A stretch of DNA of 60,544 bases, filler included, from Hausera hauseri (lineage: Eukaryota), in the NCBI GenBank assembly GCA_046269625.1. It is 10 parts of 10 records of this genome, joined end to end, with 100 filler letters (N's around TTAATTAATTAA, not from the genome) between each part and the next. Parts side by side here need not be neighbours in the genome. Positions count along the whole stretch, not along the records: positions 12,917 to 17,980 come from JBJURY010347157.1; positions 18,081 to 23,060 come from JBJURY010372148.1; positions 23,161 to 27,935 come from JBJURY010440469.1; 7 more parts are not named here. One strand, 5' to 3'. Positions within the stretch are counted from its first letter, which is position 1; each line of letters starts with the position of its first letter. A model generated the notes under the pieces. The model searched no databases. It was not told where the DNA came from and saw only the letters and a program-made list of their open reading frames with translations. Shown here piece after piece: positions 13,124 to 23,840 of the stretch. A program made the position numbers and the translations under genes.

Positions 13124-13141
13124 TGGTGCCGTGACCCGGGA
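13124..13141 (+). promoter_or_regulatory. Primer-binding site complementary to the tRNA-His 3' end
   Basis: TGGTGCCGTGACCCGGGA versus the known His-type PBS TGGTGCCGTGACTCGGAT; located between the LTR end and gag. Confidence 0.85.
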
Positions 13142-13296
13142 CCACTCGATACCCAAACGCACGCATTTGATATTTTTAAAAGTTTACCTTTGAAAGAAGC
13201 AAAATTAGTACTACTAGAAAAGGCACTAAATATCAAGAAGATACCGAACCACATTACGGTCTAGAGTATTTGGATAATCTGTCAGAAGAAAACGAA

Positions 13297-16200
13297 ATGG
13301 CCCATACAAATGTTGTAGAGCAATACGTGCAATCAAAGGCGGACTATACGCTACCCATGAAAAAGTTTAGTGGAAAAGAAGATGTACAGGATTTTATGAT
13401 GGAGTACGAAGTGTACTCAAGAAGTTTTGGATGGAATGACCAACAACGGATGGAAAGATTACCTCTTCATTTAAAGGGAACAGCCCTAACAATTTATTTC
13501 CAGATGCCAGAAGATGATAAGAAGGACTGGAAGTCCATTAAGGATAAGTTGCCGCAGAAGTTTCTAGTTGATCCCTCTGGAAAGGGGAGGATAGAAGAAT
13601 TTATACGAAGAAGGCAACGTAAGGATGAGTCAGTCCAAGATTATGTGTGTGCATTGGAAAAATTGGCAGCACGGGCATATCCTGACGTAACGATAAGAAG
13701 TAACGCTTTGTTGGCCCAATTCCAGTATGGATTGGAAGGAAAGTTAAGGACAATAATATTACAAGCTGACCCACCCACGTTCCAAGAGGCGATAAGGAAA
13801 GCTCGTAAAGCCGAACGGGATATGGAACTATATAGGTGGAACAAGTCCAAAAGTTATGAAGATAAACAAGATAAAAGGAAGAATAATAGCACGCAAAAAT
13901 ATCAACGATACGATAGGAATCGAAGCCCATCTCAAACCTCAGCAACAGAAGCAGAATCAGATATAGAAAAGAAGGTCAGATTTAAGCTGAAGAACGATGG
14001 AGAAAAGTCAAATTATAAAAGGAAGTCCTCTATGAAGGATGGAAGAGCATTGCCTAATATAGATTCGGAAGGAAGGTTGAAGTGCTTTAATTGCAATAAG
14101 TATGGCCACATAGCAAAATCATGCAGGTCACGAAAAAGAGATTCTTCAAAGCCCGATAACAGTAAACAGAAAAAGAAGAAGGATTACACATCAGCTACCT
14201 CGGATGAGTCATCTGATAAAGAATACGAAACAGAAGATAGCGAGCACGAAAAGAAAGATAAAAAGAAAGAAAGTGTAAATTATGTTAACGAAATATTGTC
14301 CCAACGAATGAAAAAGCAGTTAGCCATAGAATTAAACGACTATAAAATTCAACAAAAACGATTACGAGAAAATAGTATTTGCGTAACGGAAGAAAAGCCT
14401 AAAGGAGGAAAACCTCGTCCAGAAAGAAAGAAAGGTAACAAAAAGATAATAGAAGTAGAATCCCGCGAAACATCTGAAGAAAGAAGTAACGTAGGACAAA
14501 AAGGGAAAGGACGAAAGAAAAGTAAACCCGGTGAACCAACACCGGAGGAAAGTGAGGAAGAAACGCAACCAGCAAAGATTTTTGATGAAACTGTTATCGA
14601 ACAAGTAATACATGACATAGACGTAGACCTAGATGCCGAAGATGATCTCATTCAAGCAGTCATTGCCATAGATCCTGAGAACATACTTGATGTAAATCAA
14701 GCCACAAGTACGATATTGAAGTTAATAGATAATAAGGTATCTTCAGTTAAGATAAAGGAAATTTTATTTCAACTATTATTACTGGCCCACGATATTAGTC
14801 CAATTAGAGAGATAGCTCGGACAATACTGGCTAAAGCAGCTGAAGATGAAAAAGGAAGAAACGAAACAGTAAGGATAACGTTAAAAGAAGGGAATCAGGA
14901 TATCAGAGTTATTAGAATGAATGAAGCAGATGATATATTATCGTTGCGAGAAAGAATCGAAGACTTAGAACCATTTTACAAGGAAAAAGTATATGGGTTA
15001 AGTTTTTATGGAAGAACGTTATATGGTTATGATAAGTTATTACGAATAGGATGTAGAAGTGAAAATTACAACCCAATTATGATAACGGAAATACACCCTG
15101 ACGCAAGGGCAGAAGAAACGATAGAAAATATAATGAGGGAAATGCAACCACCTGAGACAGAGGAACAACCAATTGGTGATACACAGGATGTCACAGTACA
15201 AACTGAGGCTAGAAGAAGAGGGCGACCGAAAGGAACAAAGATAAGCGATATTCGAAATAAAAGAGATAGGAATGAAGAGATTGTAAGACGTCTGCTATTA
15301 GCAGGTACAGATACGACACCGGAAGCTATAGATATAGATCCTTTGTTAAGAACGTTGCTAGCGAAGTTACACACGTCATTTGCATCGTTTGATATGCAAG
15401 TAACAATTCCGGACGAACTATTCCAAACGTTGCGTAATGGAATGCTAAGAATCAGTAGACAATTTTATGAGAATATCAATGAAGAGAGAATTAACGAATT
15501 ACACGAACAAGACATATTGGAAAAGATGTTCGCGACAGGCATTACCAGAGAAAAAGTTGTAACAGCTATTGCCTATCTCTTGTATAAAGTAATCGTTATC
15601 AATTACCAAACACAAAATTTAGAGGAAATCGAAAGAAATATAAAAGTGACGGTTAAAATTTTACGTGATACGTTAGAAAGTTGGGTACAGTGTAGAGGGG
15701 GATGGATACCAAGTCTAATGAACGGTAGAATAAGACCCGAAGGAGGTTCGCATCAAAGAGCAGACACCATACAATTAAATACTATGAAACAAGGCTTAGG
15801 CGGTATGTCATTCATGGAGATATTACAATTATTATTGATAGCATCCATATGTATGCCAAAGGCCATGGGCGTGGTGGCCTATGATTGCTCGAAACCCAAA
15901 GAAGGGCAGAAATACTCATTGGTTGATCTTGAGAAGTGCCCAGAAGCCGATCCAGAACAATTAACAACAACTAGTGGTCATAGATATTGGGTATATCAAG
16001 AATCGGAGTTTATAAAAGTTAAAATTCGAGAATGTTACGTAAAGAGATCGTTCTTTCTATTTAATTGTGCATACTATTCTGGGAACTCCGCAATTATCGA
16101 ACCAACGACACCTTTTGAACCAATAATAATATCACGGGCGGAATGTCAGGATGCTTTTAAAATCGGAGTCATAACAATCCAGAACGCACAAATACCAGCA

Positions 16201-17337
16201 GTACGAAATAAGATAAAGTATACCCGAATTTTTAGAGCTGGAAGAATAGATAAAACAATGGAAGGAACCTGTAAAGGAGTGGAATACGACGTTGGAGGTA
16301 CCATCGCACCCCGAACAGTAGCCATTGAAGATTATCAGGTCCAGCTGAAGGAATATGAAGGATTGTTCGATTCTCAAACAAAACTCATGACAATTATGAA
16401 CGAATGCGAATACGAAAACGGAGAATGTGATACGGGAGAATCCAAAATGACATGGGAAGTATCATCGAATCGGTGTCACCTTACTTTATTGAAAGAAGGA
16501 AAGTTTAACAAGACAATAGGAAAGACGGCTGAAAAAGAATCAACAACATATAAGGAAGGAATTAAAGAAGTAAGGATGACAGAAGTAGCAACAGTAGTAT
16601 ACTCGGAAAATCCGGAAGAAATGATGCGATTTAAAATTGTTGGAACAATCAATAAGTGTAATGAAGAAATGTCCAAAACTAATTATAAAGGTATATACCT
16701 TTCAACTAAAGAAGTAACTCAAGCTAAAACAAAAATAGATAAAAAGGATATAAAATTAACGCAATATTTTGACAATAAAGTTGACTTTTTAATTAACTAC
16801 GTCAGGAAGGAAATTAGAAGTTTATACAGGGAAATAATACTGAACGAATGTAAACTAAATTATGAAATTATCCGAAATAAAATGGCGTTGGTCATAACGA
16901 ACCCCGACATGGTAGCCCCAGTAATGCCGTTTGGTGATGGGATGATCGGAAGAGTTATGGGCGAAGTATTGATAACTATTGAGTCTAAGAAGGTGGAAGT
17001 AGCAATTAGGCCAACAGAAGAATGTACATCAGAATTACAAGTGATTTATAATATGGAACCTCGATACGTAATGCCGGTGACAAGAATACTGCTAGACGTT
17101 AATGCGAAGCCCACTCAGTTAAATAATTGCACTTTTAATATGTCACCAATGTTTAAACTAGACGAAGATAAATGGATAAGAATGCCGGAAAGAGAGCCAG
17201 TACCGAAACCAGAAACATTGAGTTTAATTAATCTGCAGAGAAACCAGAAATTCGAACCTCTTATTGGCATATCACAAGGAGGAATTTATACACAACAGAA
17301 TTTAAAGGATTATTGGCGAATGTTACTGTTTCCCTAG
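13297..17337 (+). CDS. Gag - Ubl - Bcl-2-like - Env polyprotein (copy B) in one uninterrupted frame; the frame continues past in-frame TAGs to the contig end
   Basis: Gag capsid (KKFSGKEDVQDF..LPLHLKGTA..RRQRKDESVQDY..FQYGL), CCHC knuckle CFNCNKYGHIAKSC at 14083-14124, Ubl ~14866-15099, BH1/BH2-like motifs 15526-15705, signal peptide 15805-15870, VVAYDC at 15871. Confidence 0.9.
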   Translation: MAHTNVVEQYVQSKADYTLPMKKFSGKEDVQDFMMEYEVYSRSFGWNDQQRMERLPLHLKGTALTIYFQMPEDDKKDWKSIKDKLPQKFLVDPSGKGRIEEFIRRRQRKDESVQDYVCALEKLAARAYPDVTIRSNALLAQFQYGLEGKLRTIILQADPPTFQEAIRKARKAERDMELYRWNKSKSYEDKQDKRKNNSTQKYQRYDRNRSPSQTSATEAESDIEKKVRFKLKNDGEKSNYKRKSSMKDGRALPNIDSEGRLKCFNCNKYGHIAKSCRSRKRDSSKPDNSKQKKKKDYTSATSDESSDKEYETEDSEHEKKDKKKESVNYVNEILSQRMKKQLAIELNDYKIQQKRLRENSICVTEEKPKGGKPRPERKKGNKKIIEVESRETSEERSNVGQKGKGRKKSKPGEPTPEESEEETQPAKIFDETVIEQVIHDIDVDLDAEDDLIQAVIAIDPENILDVNQATSTILKLIDNKVSSVKIKEILFQLLLLAHDISPIREIARTILAKAAEDEKGRNETVRITLKEGNQDIRVIRMNEADDILSLRERIEDLEPFYKEKVYGLSFYGRTLYGYDKLLRIGCRSENYNPIMITEIHPDARAEETIENIMREMQPPETEEQPIGDTQDVTVQTEARRRGRPKGTKISDIRNKRDRNEEIVRRLLLAGTDTTPEAIDIDPLLRTLLAKLHTSFASFDMQVTIPDELFQTLRNGMLRISRQFYENINEERINELHEQDILEKMFATGITREKVVTAIAYLLYKVIVINYQTQNLEEIERNIKVTVKILRDTLESWVQCRGGWIPSLMNGRIRPEGGSHQRADTIQLNTMKQGLGGMSFMEILQLLLIASICMPKAMGVVAYDCSKPKEGQKYSLVDLEKCPEADPEQLTTTSGHRYWVYQESEFIKVKIRECYVKRSFFLFNCAYYSGNSAIIEPTTPFEPIIISRAECQDAFKIGVITIQNAQIPAVRNKIKYTRIFRAGRIDKTMEGTCKGVEYDVGGTIAPRTVAIEDYQVQLKEYEGLFDSQTKLMTIMNECEYENGECDTGESKMTWEVSSNRCHLTLLKEGKFNKTIGKTAEKESTTYKEGIKEVRMTEVATVVYSENPEEMMRFKIVGTINKCNEEMSKTNYKGIYLSTKEVTQAKTKIDKKDIKLTQYFDNKVDFLINYVRKEIRSLYREIILNECKLNYEIIRNKMALVITNPDMVAPVMPFGDGMIGRVMGEVLITIESKKVEVAIRPTEECTSELQVIYNMEPRYVMPVTRILLDVNAKPTQLNNCTFNMSPMFKLDEDKWIRMPEREPVPKPETLSLINLQRNQKFEPLIGISQGGIYTQQNLKDYWRMLLFP

Positions 17338-17715
17338 CAGAGACAACGAGTAATAGCAGAATTAACAAGAAGAGTGATGTGGGACGGAGAAGGTTCACCA
17401 CAATGGGAAAACATAATGGACAGAGATTATTTGAAGAAAGTCACAAGAAGTGTTATGGAAAAGATGTGCGGAAAATTCCTCTATTTTGGCCAGGCTGCTT
17501 CAGGATTTTTAGCAATATATTTCATCATCAGTGCCCTACGGACAATATTCACTGCACTTGGTAAAGCTTACAGAATACATGCAGCAGTAGGATGCTCTTG
17601 GAAAATCCTCATAGCGGTAATACCGACAGTTGCTAGTTGTTTTCCAGCAAACCATGACGCCAAATGGAAGAGAAAAATTCTTAAAGGAAGAAATAACGAT
17701 ATCGAAAAGAATTAG
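17338..17715 (+). CDS. env: In-frame continuation of Env: membrane-proximal region and TM
   Basis: After the TAG at 17335-17337 it reads QRQRVIAELTRRVMWD...KFLYFGQAASGFLAIYFIISAL, homologous to the TMs of copies A and C. Confidence 0.85.
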   Translation, partial: QRQRVIAELTRRVMWDGEGSPQWENIMDRDYLKKVTRSVMEKMCGKFLYFGQAASGFLAIYFIISALRTIFTALGKAYRIHAAVGCSWKILIAVIPTVASCFPANHDAKWKRKILKGRNNDIEKN

Positions 17716-18872
17716 CCATATAGTACCCTAAATGATAGAAATAATGACGACGAGAACGATCCAAATGTCCAAGGGAGACGTGAGAGATATTTAACAAGAC
17801 TCAGAAAATTTTCCTTAAGGTCCCAAAGACAGAAGTAGAAACGAAAATTGATTACTGATTTACCTCACTTAGATCCAGCAGACGAATACCACGGACAAAC
17901 ATATAACGAACAAATGCTAAGTCCTTCGGCTCCCCAATATGTGAAACACGGAGGCATGTATCCCACATACCAAATATTACNNNNNNNNNNNNNNNNNNNN
18001 NNNNNNNNNNNNNNNNNNNNNNNNTTAATTAATTAANNNNNNNNNNNNNNNNNNNNNNNNNNNNNNNNNNNNNNNNNNNNAACTAGTGCCCATTGAAAGC
18101 TTCATATACCCATAGAAAATACCGAAACTAGGAAAAGATCAATATACGAGTAATATTGAAGTAGAACAGTTCTGTGAAACTTTTTGAATTCAACGTCAAA
18201 ACCGCCCATAACGTAATTTCCACCGACAAAATGCCAAAGCTTAACATTTGACATAAACACTCTAAAACTGCTACAAACCAAATGGACTGAAATAAAAAGT
18301 TGTCTAAGTGAATAATTTATGGTTTAGAAAACTATTCGGTGATGAATACTCTGTTAAGTGAATTACCGCGTCTAAATCGTCTAGTTAAGAATATCAAAAA
18401 AAAAAGAAAAATCAGTCGACAAAAACAATTTAATGAATGAAATATGCGATTGACAAATATCAACTAACCAGGAAATCCGAACGGAGAGAGCAAATCGAAC
18501 ATATGACCAACGAACGGATAATAAAAGTCAGACCATACACGAAAAAAGAAGTAAATAGCACATATGAGTAATTTGAGGTGACTATTCAGACAAAACAGAC
18601 ACACATACACGCACACGCGCACACACACGCAGAGACAATGTTAATTATTGTATTGTATTTGCCAACAGTTATTCTCGCAACATCCCATTGATAAAAAATA
18701 ATCGGTTTCGGTATTGGATATCACTCCAACTAGCCAGCCAGATCCTTTGGATGTTTATCGACATAAGCCGTCAAAACATGCCTTCTCTCCATCAAAAACT
18801 CCCCCAAAAAATTTTTTTTCGGTGACTTTTTAAGTGATGCATGCGAGATTAATCGGTGGCTAGTGCAATGAA

Positions 18873-21800
18873 TTACAATTGCGACAATGGAGCAGTGCCC
18901 CCGAATCCACCACTTTGCGAAATGTCCTGGGAATTGTAGTCACCGGCAAAATACTCGTGAGACCGCATCTGATTATTGATGATTGGCTGATACGTTGAAT
19001 CCTGTGACAGTAAACTGAACTCGTTCAACATGTTGTTCGATGACGAGTTAGGGTCCATCATGCCATCCTGTGATAATTGGGACAATCCACCAAATCCACC
19101 AATGGCTCCACGACCCAGAGAATTCTGTGACAGTCCACTGAGACCAACACCGAATCCTTCCTGAGACATTGGCTGAGTCAGCATGTCTGGTCCACCACCA
19201 ATGTTCCTCATGGGATTTGTCATCACCCTGCCACCCATGGCTGTCTGGTTACGGTACCCTCCTTGATTATATCGTGGTGGGGGACCTCTATTGTTGGTAA
19301 CAGGGCCACCAGGTGCTTTGCTGAATAAAGATGGTGGTCCACCGAATTGTGTTTGTTGATGATTGCCGAGTACACCCAGCATGTTATTGGGTTGGTGTTT
19401 CTGTGTACTGTTGTTGACGAATGCGAATGCCGGATGCGGCGGTGGTGGTGGACATAGCATGTTGATAGGGACAGGCAAATTTGATGCATTGGATGCTGGA
19501 TTCAATTGGCGATTTGAACTGATGTAATTCATTGGATCGTACGGACTGAATCCGAATTGACTCTGCATCATCGGATTGACAAGTCCAGATGGGCCCATTC
19601 CCAGACTGGAGAATTGATTAGGTCCATTGGCGAATCCCGACAAACCGGATCTGGGATTGGCTGGATTGTAGATGCTACCTGATCCACCTTGTTGACTCAT
19701 CCGTGGAATGCTGTTGTATTCTTTGGCGCTGTACATGGTGTTGTTCATGAATTTGGCTCCCGGATTGACCATGTTCACCATCTTCTTTACTTTCGGAAAT
19801 TGGATCAGTGATTCCTTGAGATTATTCAAGGCACCTTCCACCAGCAGATGTTGGTCCTTGAAGAAATGGAGCAGATTGTTCCAGAGTGGTTGTTTCGAAA
19901 GCGCTTTTGGATTACCAACGATGATGAGTCCGTATTTGGCACGAGTCAATGCCACATTGAGTCGACGGGGGTCGTTCAGGAATCCGATTCCCTGGTGTTC
20001 ATTAGCACGGACACACGACAGAATGATATAGTCCTTCTCACGGCCCTGGAATGCGTCGACAGATGCCACCTCGATTTCTTGGTAGAGTTTCGTGTTGAGG
20101 GATCCCGTGAAATGGAAATAGTGGACCAGATATGCCCGTTGACCTTCGTAAGGTGTGATGACGCCAATATTGATCGGCTTCACGCCATCCTTCAGCAGTC
20201 TCGTCACGATTTTCTCGACGGTGGCCGCCTCTGTTCGATTGAGGTAAGACGTCCCATTACTGGCCATTTCCTCCTGTCCCGATGAGCAATAGAAGAATGT
20301 CGGTTTGTCAGGATTAGGCCAGGGAAAGTCGATTTTGTTGCATCGTTCCTCGGCTGTGACTCCATTCTGGAGACTGCCCTCGTAGAAAATGTTACTGGGG
20401 AATGACGATAACACCGGATGCATACGGTACTGAACCTGCAGTCGCATTGGACGAATACCCAGCACTACAAGACGCTCGAACAAACTCTGACTCAGTCCGG
20501 CCTTGGCTGCCTTCTTACACATAACGACTGGGCCCAATTGGCAATGGTCACCGACAAGAACAGCTTGTTTGCATCCTAACACCAACGGAATGAGACACTC
20601 GGGTTCAGTAGCCTGTGTCGACTCATCGATGAGTACACACGAAAATCTCATCCGACTCAATCTCGGGTCACCGGCACCAACACACGTACAGCAAATCACA
20701 TCAGCATGAGTCAACAATTCTCTCTCCAGCTGTTTCTTCAATGCCCGATATCGTCGTTCGTCCGACTGACTCAATTCGCCAGTCTCATCCTTCAGCTGCT
20801 GCAACTTCTTGAACTCGCTGTTACCCTCCATGTTGGCTATCTGTACATGCAATGCCAAATGACTGACCGGCGACTGGATGGCTTCTCTCGACTTGGCACA
20901 CAATCTGACCACCTTCAGGCCGATTTTGTCAATTTTCTCTGTCAACTGATCGACGGCAATATTACTGGGTGCACAGACGAGCACCTGGCCTTGGTTCATC
21001 TGACTCAGATGGTACACGATCGTGGCCGATGTCACCGTTTTCCCGGTACCCGGCGGACCTTGGATGAGACTCAGTGGTCGCTGGAGAACTGTCCGCACGG
21101 CGTACACTTGACTGTGATTCAATTCCGGTAGTCCTGGTGCTGAGAATCTCTTCGGCATGTTACATTTCATGATCATCTCGTCAGCCTCATGGCCGAGCAA
21201 TTTGTGATAAATGTATGCTGATACCGAGTTCTCATCAATTGCGAGAGTCTTGAGTGCCGTCTGCATTCGATCGAACGACGTCGACTTCCATACGTATTCG
21301 ACAACAAAATTAGACGTATGCTCTACCGGTACATTGCTACAGGCGTTCTTTAACTCTATGCCAACCTCATCGGAATAATCTAAACACATTAAAATACGAA
21401 ATTAAATCATATGAACGCACTGTCTGGAATTTTAATGACATGGCCAACACCGGTCCACTGTTTGCTAGGATCGCCAACGTAACGTAAACGCAATTCATCC
21501 CCGTGCATTAATTTCATCTCTACATATCCTATAATAATTCTCAATGGAAATGTACACCATACCTTCGTTGGCTTTGGAGAAATTAAAATATGCCACTCGT
21601 TTTTTGTTCAGTCCAAGATCCCATCGGACGAAGACATTCTCTTGGGTCTTGGATTCCTTCACCCGACGATCATAATCGGCTTCCAATTTTACAAGTGGAC
21701 CAAGAATATTTTGATACTGATAGGCATCTTCATAACGCAACATAACGTGGTGCGGCTCTTCGTCGACACCCGGTTTTTCCAAGTCCTCTAATGTGGCACT

Positions 21801-22866
21801 CGGATTTTCTTTCCATAGTTCTTCCAGTTTGTTTATTTGTTGAGCTGACATCTGTCTAGCTCTGCATTGCTCCTCGTCGCTTGGTACTTTTACAAGCCAC
21901 GACAAAAACTGTCGATCAATTATTAAAGGTTGCCACTGACTTGGATCCCATGTCATGTCTTTATTCTAATTAATAACGTAAATAATATGATAATTGGTTA
22001 AAACAAAAATAGAGTTCCGTCATTTACTTTGCCATCGTTAAGTAGAATACTAACTAATCTATTTCATTGTAACATTATGCAGAAGTTAAAATGGCATCTT
22101 TATGACATTTTTCAATATTTTAACCAAATAATATTATACAGCTTATGACACATTATTCCTACGCATGTTACAAAATTTACGCAGTATGAATAAAATTAAG
22201 AAAGCAGTTTTATGCCACAAAGGTAACTAAATATTGACATGCAAACCTGTTGAGCGCATGGATGCCGACATAACAACACAACAACTGATTCTGCTTTTGC
22301 CGGAACGAAACCGAGTTGGAAGACATTTTTACTAGCACAGACATAGCATTCCAATACCGTATCTTTTAATGGACCATCTTTATGTAACGTGACTTCTTTC
22401 GTCTTCGCTCGCACCAGATGGTGAATAATATGACTTCCCGACGTATTTCCACGGCCATTACAAAACCATTTCTTGGTGGCATTGCACATAACAACTGCTG
22501 CAGGATCGTGTATTCCGCAATATGAACACGCCCAATGTGGCAGTGTTTTCGGTTCTTCTATTTCAGCTTCCTCTTCTTCTTCAAATTTTAAATTACTGAT
22601 GCCGCTTTCCAGAATTGGATCAATATCCTTAAAACTCTGAAATAATCAACGAATTTCAGTAAAAATTTTTAAATATTTACCTTTTCGTTATCATGTGATT
22701 TGTCCAATTGTGAAGCTTGAGTTTGAGATTGCGATGGAACTGAAAAAACATTATAATCAATTTCAGTATCTTGTGTGACACCGCCAATTAAATCGGTTTC
22801 ATCCGTATCAAGGAAGGTTAAAGCTTGAGAATTGGTATTGTAAAAATTTGGGTCATAAATATCCAT
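18873..22866 (-). CDS. UPF1: Regulator of nonsense transcripts 1 (SF1 RNA helicase), complete; exons 22681-22866, 22247-22636, 21563-21965, 21421-21519, 18873-21379
   Basis: CH domain ([26 protein letters not shown]), [43 protein letters not shown]-rich tail; all four GT-AG introns are phase-compatible. Confidence 0.97.
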
Positions 22867-23229
22867 GTTGCATAAAATTACCAACGAGAAATAACAAGGA
22901 AACTAGTTTTAAATGTGTAATAAAACAGGTTTAATAAAACAATTTTTCTACAGTAATTTAAAGATAAAAGTTCAACATAAATTATATAGTTTATTAAATG
23001 TTGTTAAGGGTAAACTCTAGAACACAGTTCTGTTGATAATTTCGATAAATGTAATTTAAGNNNNNNNNNNNNNNNNNNNNNNNNNNNNNNNNNNNNNNNN
23101 NNNNTTAATTAATTAANNNNNNNNNNNNNNNNNNNNNNNNNNNNNNNNNNNNNNNNNNNNAATTAAAAACACAGTCGAAAATTAATAACTAAAAGGGCCC
23201 GTGATATTGTGCGAGCGAAACCCTTTAAT

Positions 23230-23840
23230 ATTGGTGACTATCAAATGACCTTTTGTCATATGATGCTAAACAAAGTTTTCACATCTATAAGGGAACATTA
23301 AAAAATTAAAGGAATTCCAGGATTATTAAACATCCCTGCGGTTTTATCCGCAAATTAATTGACGAAGACTTAGCAAGTTCTTTCTTTGACATTTCATGTC
23401 TCTTTTCCAGTGATAAACCGAATTATCTGAATGGTGTAAATGCATGGGAACCGTATTACACTTACCTCTCCCTTAGAGAACTCTTAGACCGCATTCGGTA
23501 AAATTGAGTAAAGACGGTCTGGTTGAATATTCTTCAGTTTCGACTGCCAGCAAATTGACAACAAATTCCTTCCGTCTGCCAGCACTATAACCGAAAAAGC
23601 TATATAAAAATAAGGAAAACCTCGAAATAAAATTCAGAATAATGGATAAAAATAATTCAGGGCATATACCACTGGCAGAATTTCGGGATGCTTACAAAAT
23701 TCTTCATCGACACATCGGCAATTAAGCGACGATACAATAAACGATTTAGCCAGTTGAATTGATATAAATAAAGATGGAACGATAGATTTCAATGAATTTT
23801 AGAAATATTTAGATTGTAGTGAACTGACAAACAAAACCTG
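23230..23840 (+). pseudogene. EF-hand C-terminal remnant resembling PPEF/rdgC phosphatase
   Basis: LYKNKENLEIKFRIMDKNNSGHIPLAEFRDAY ... LDINKDGTIDFNEF, with stops and frameshifts. Confidence 0.55.

Noticed and set aside
17335-17337. In-frame TAG as a programmed readthrough site (also 17713 and 17836)
   Set aside because: The first falls inside Env before the TM, and copy A reads FPRQR there and stays open through the tail; decay is more likely.
7709-17980. Contigs 2 and 3 read as one tandem element with two env genes
   Set aside because: Separated by a spacer; they are diverged homologous copies.
18599-18631. (CA)n/(CG)n tract downstream of UPF1
   Set aside because: Ordinary short imperfect microsatellite.
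19708-21131. Plus-strand ORFs over UPF1, and similar antisense ORFs over the retroelements (e.g. 14349-14651, 31957-32544)
   Set aside because: Shadow frames of real coding sequence, with no motifs.
18873-22866. UPF1 as retroelement cargo
   Set aside because: On its own contig, intron-containing, with no element features.
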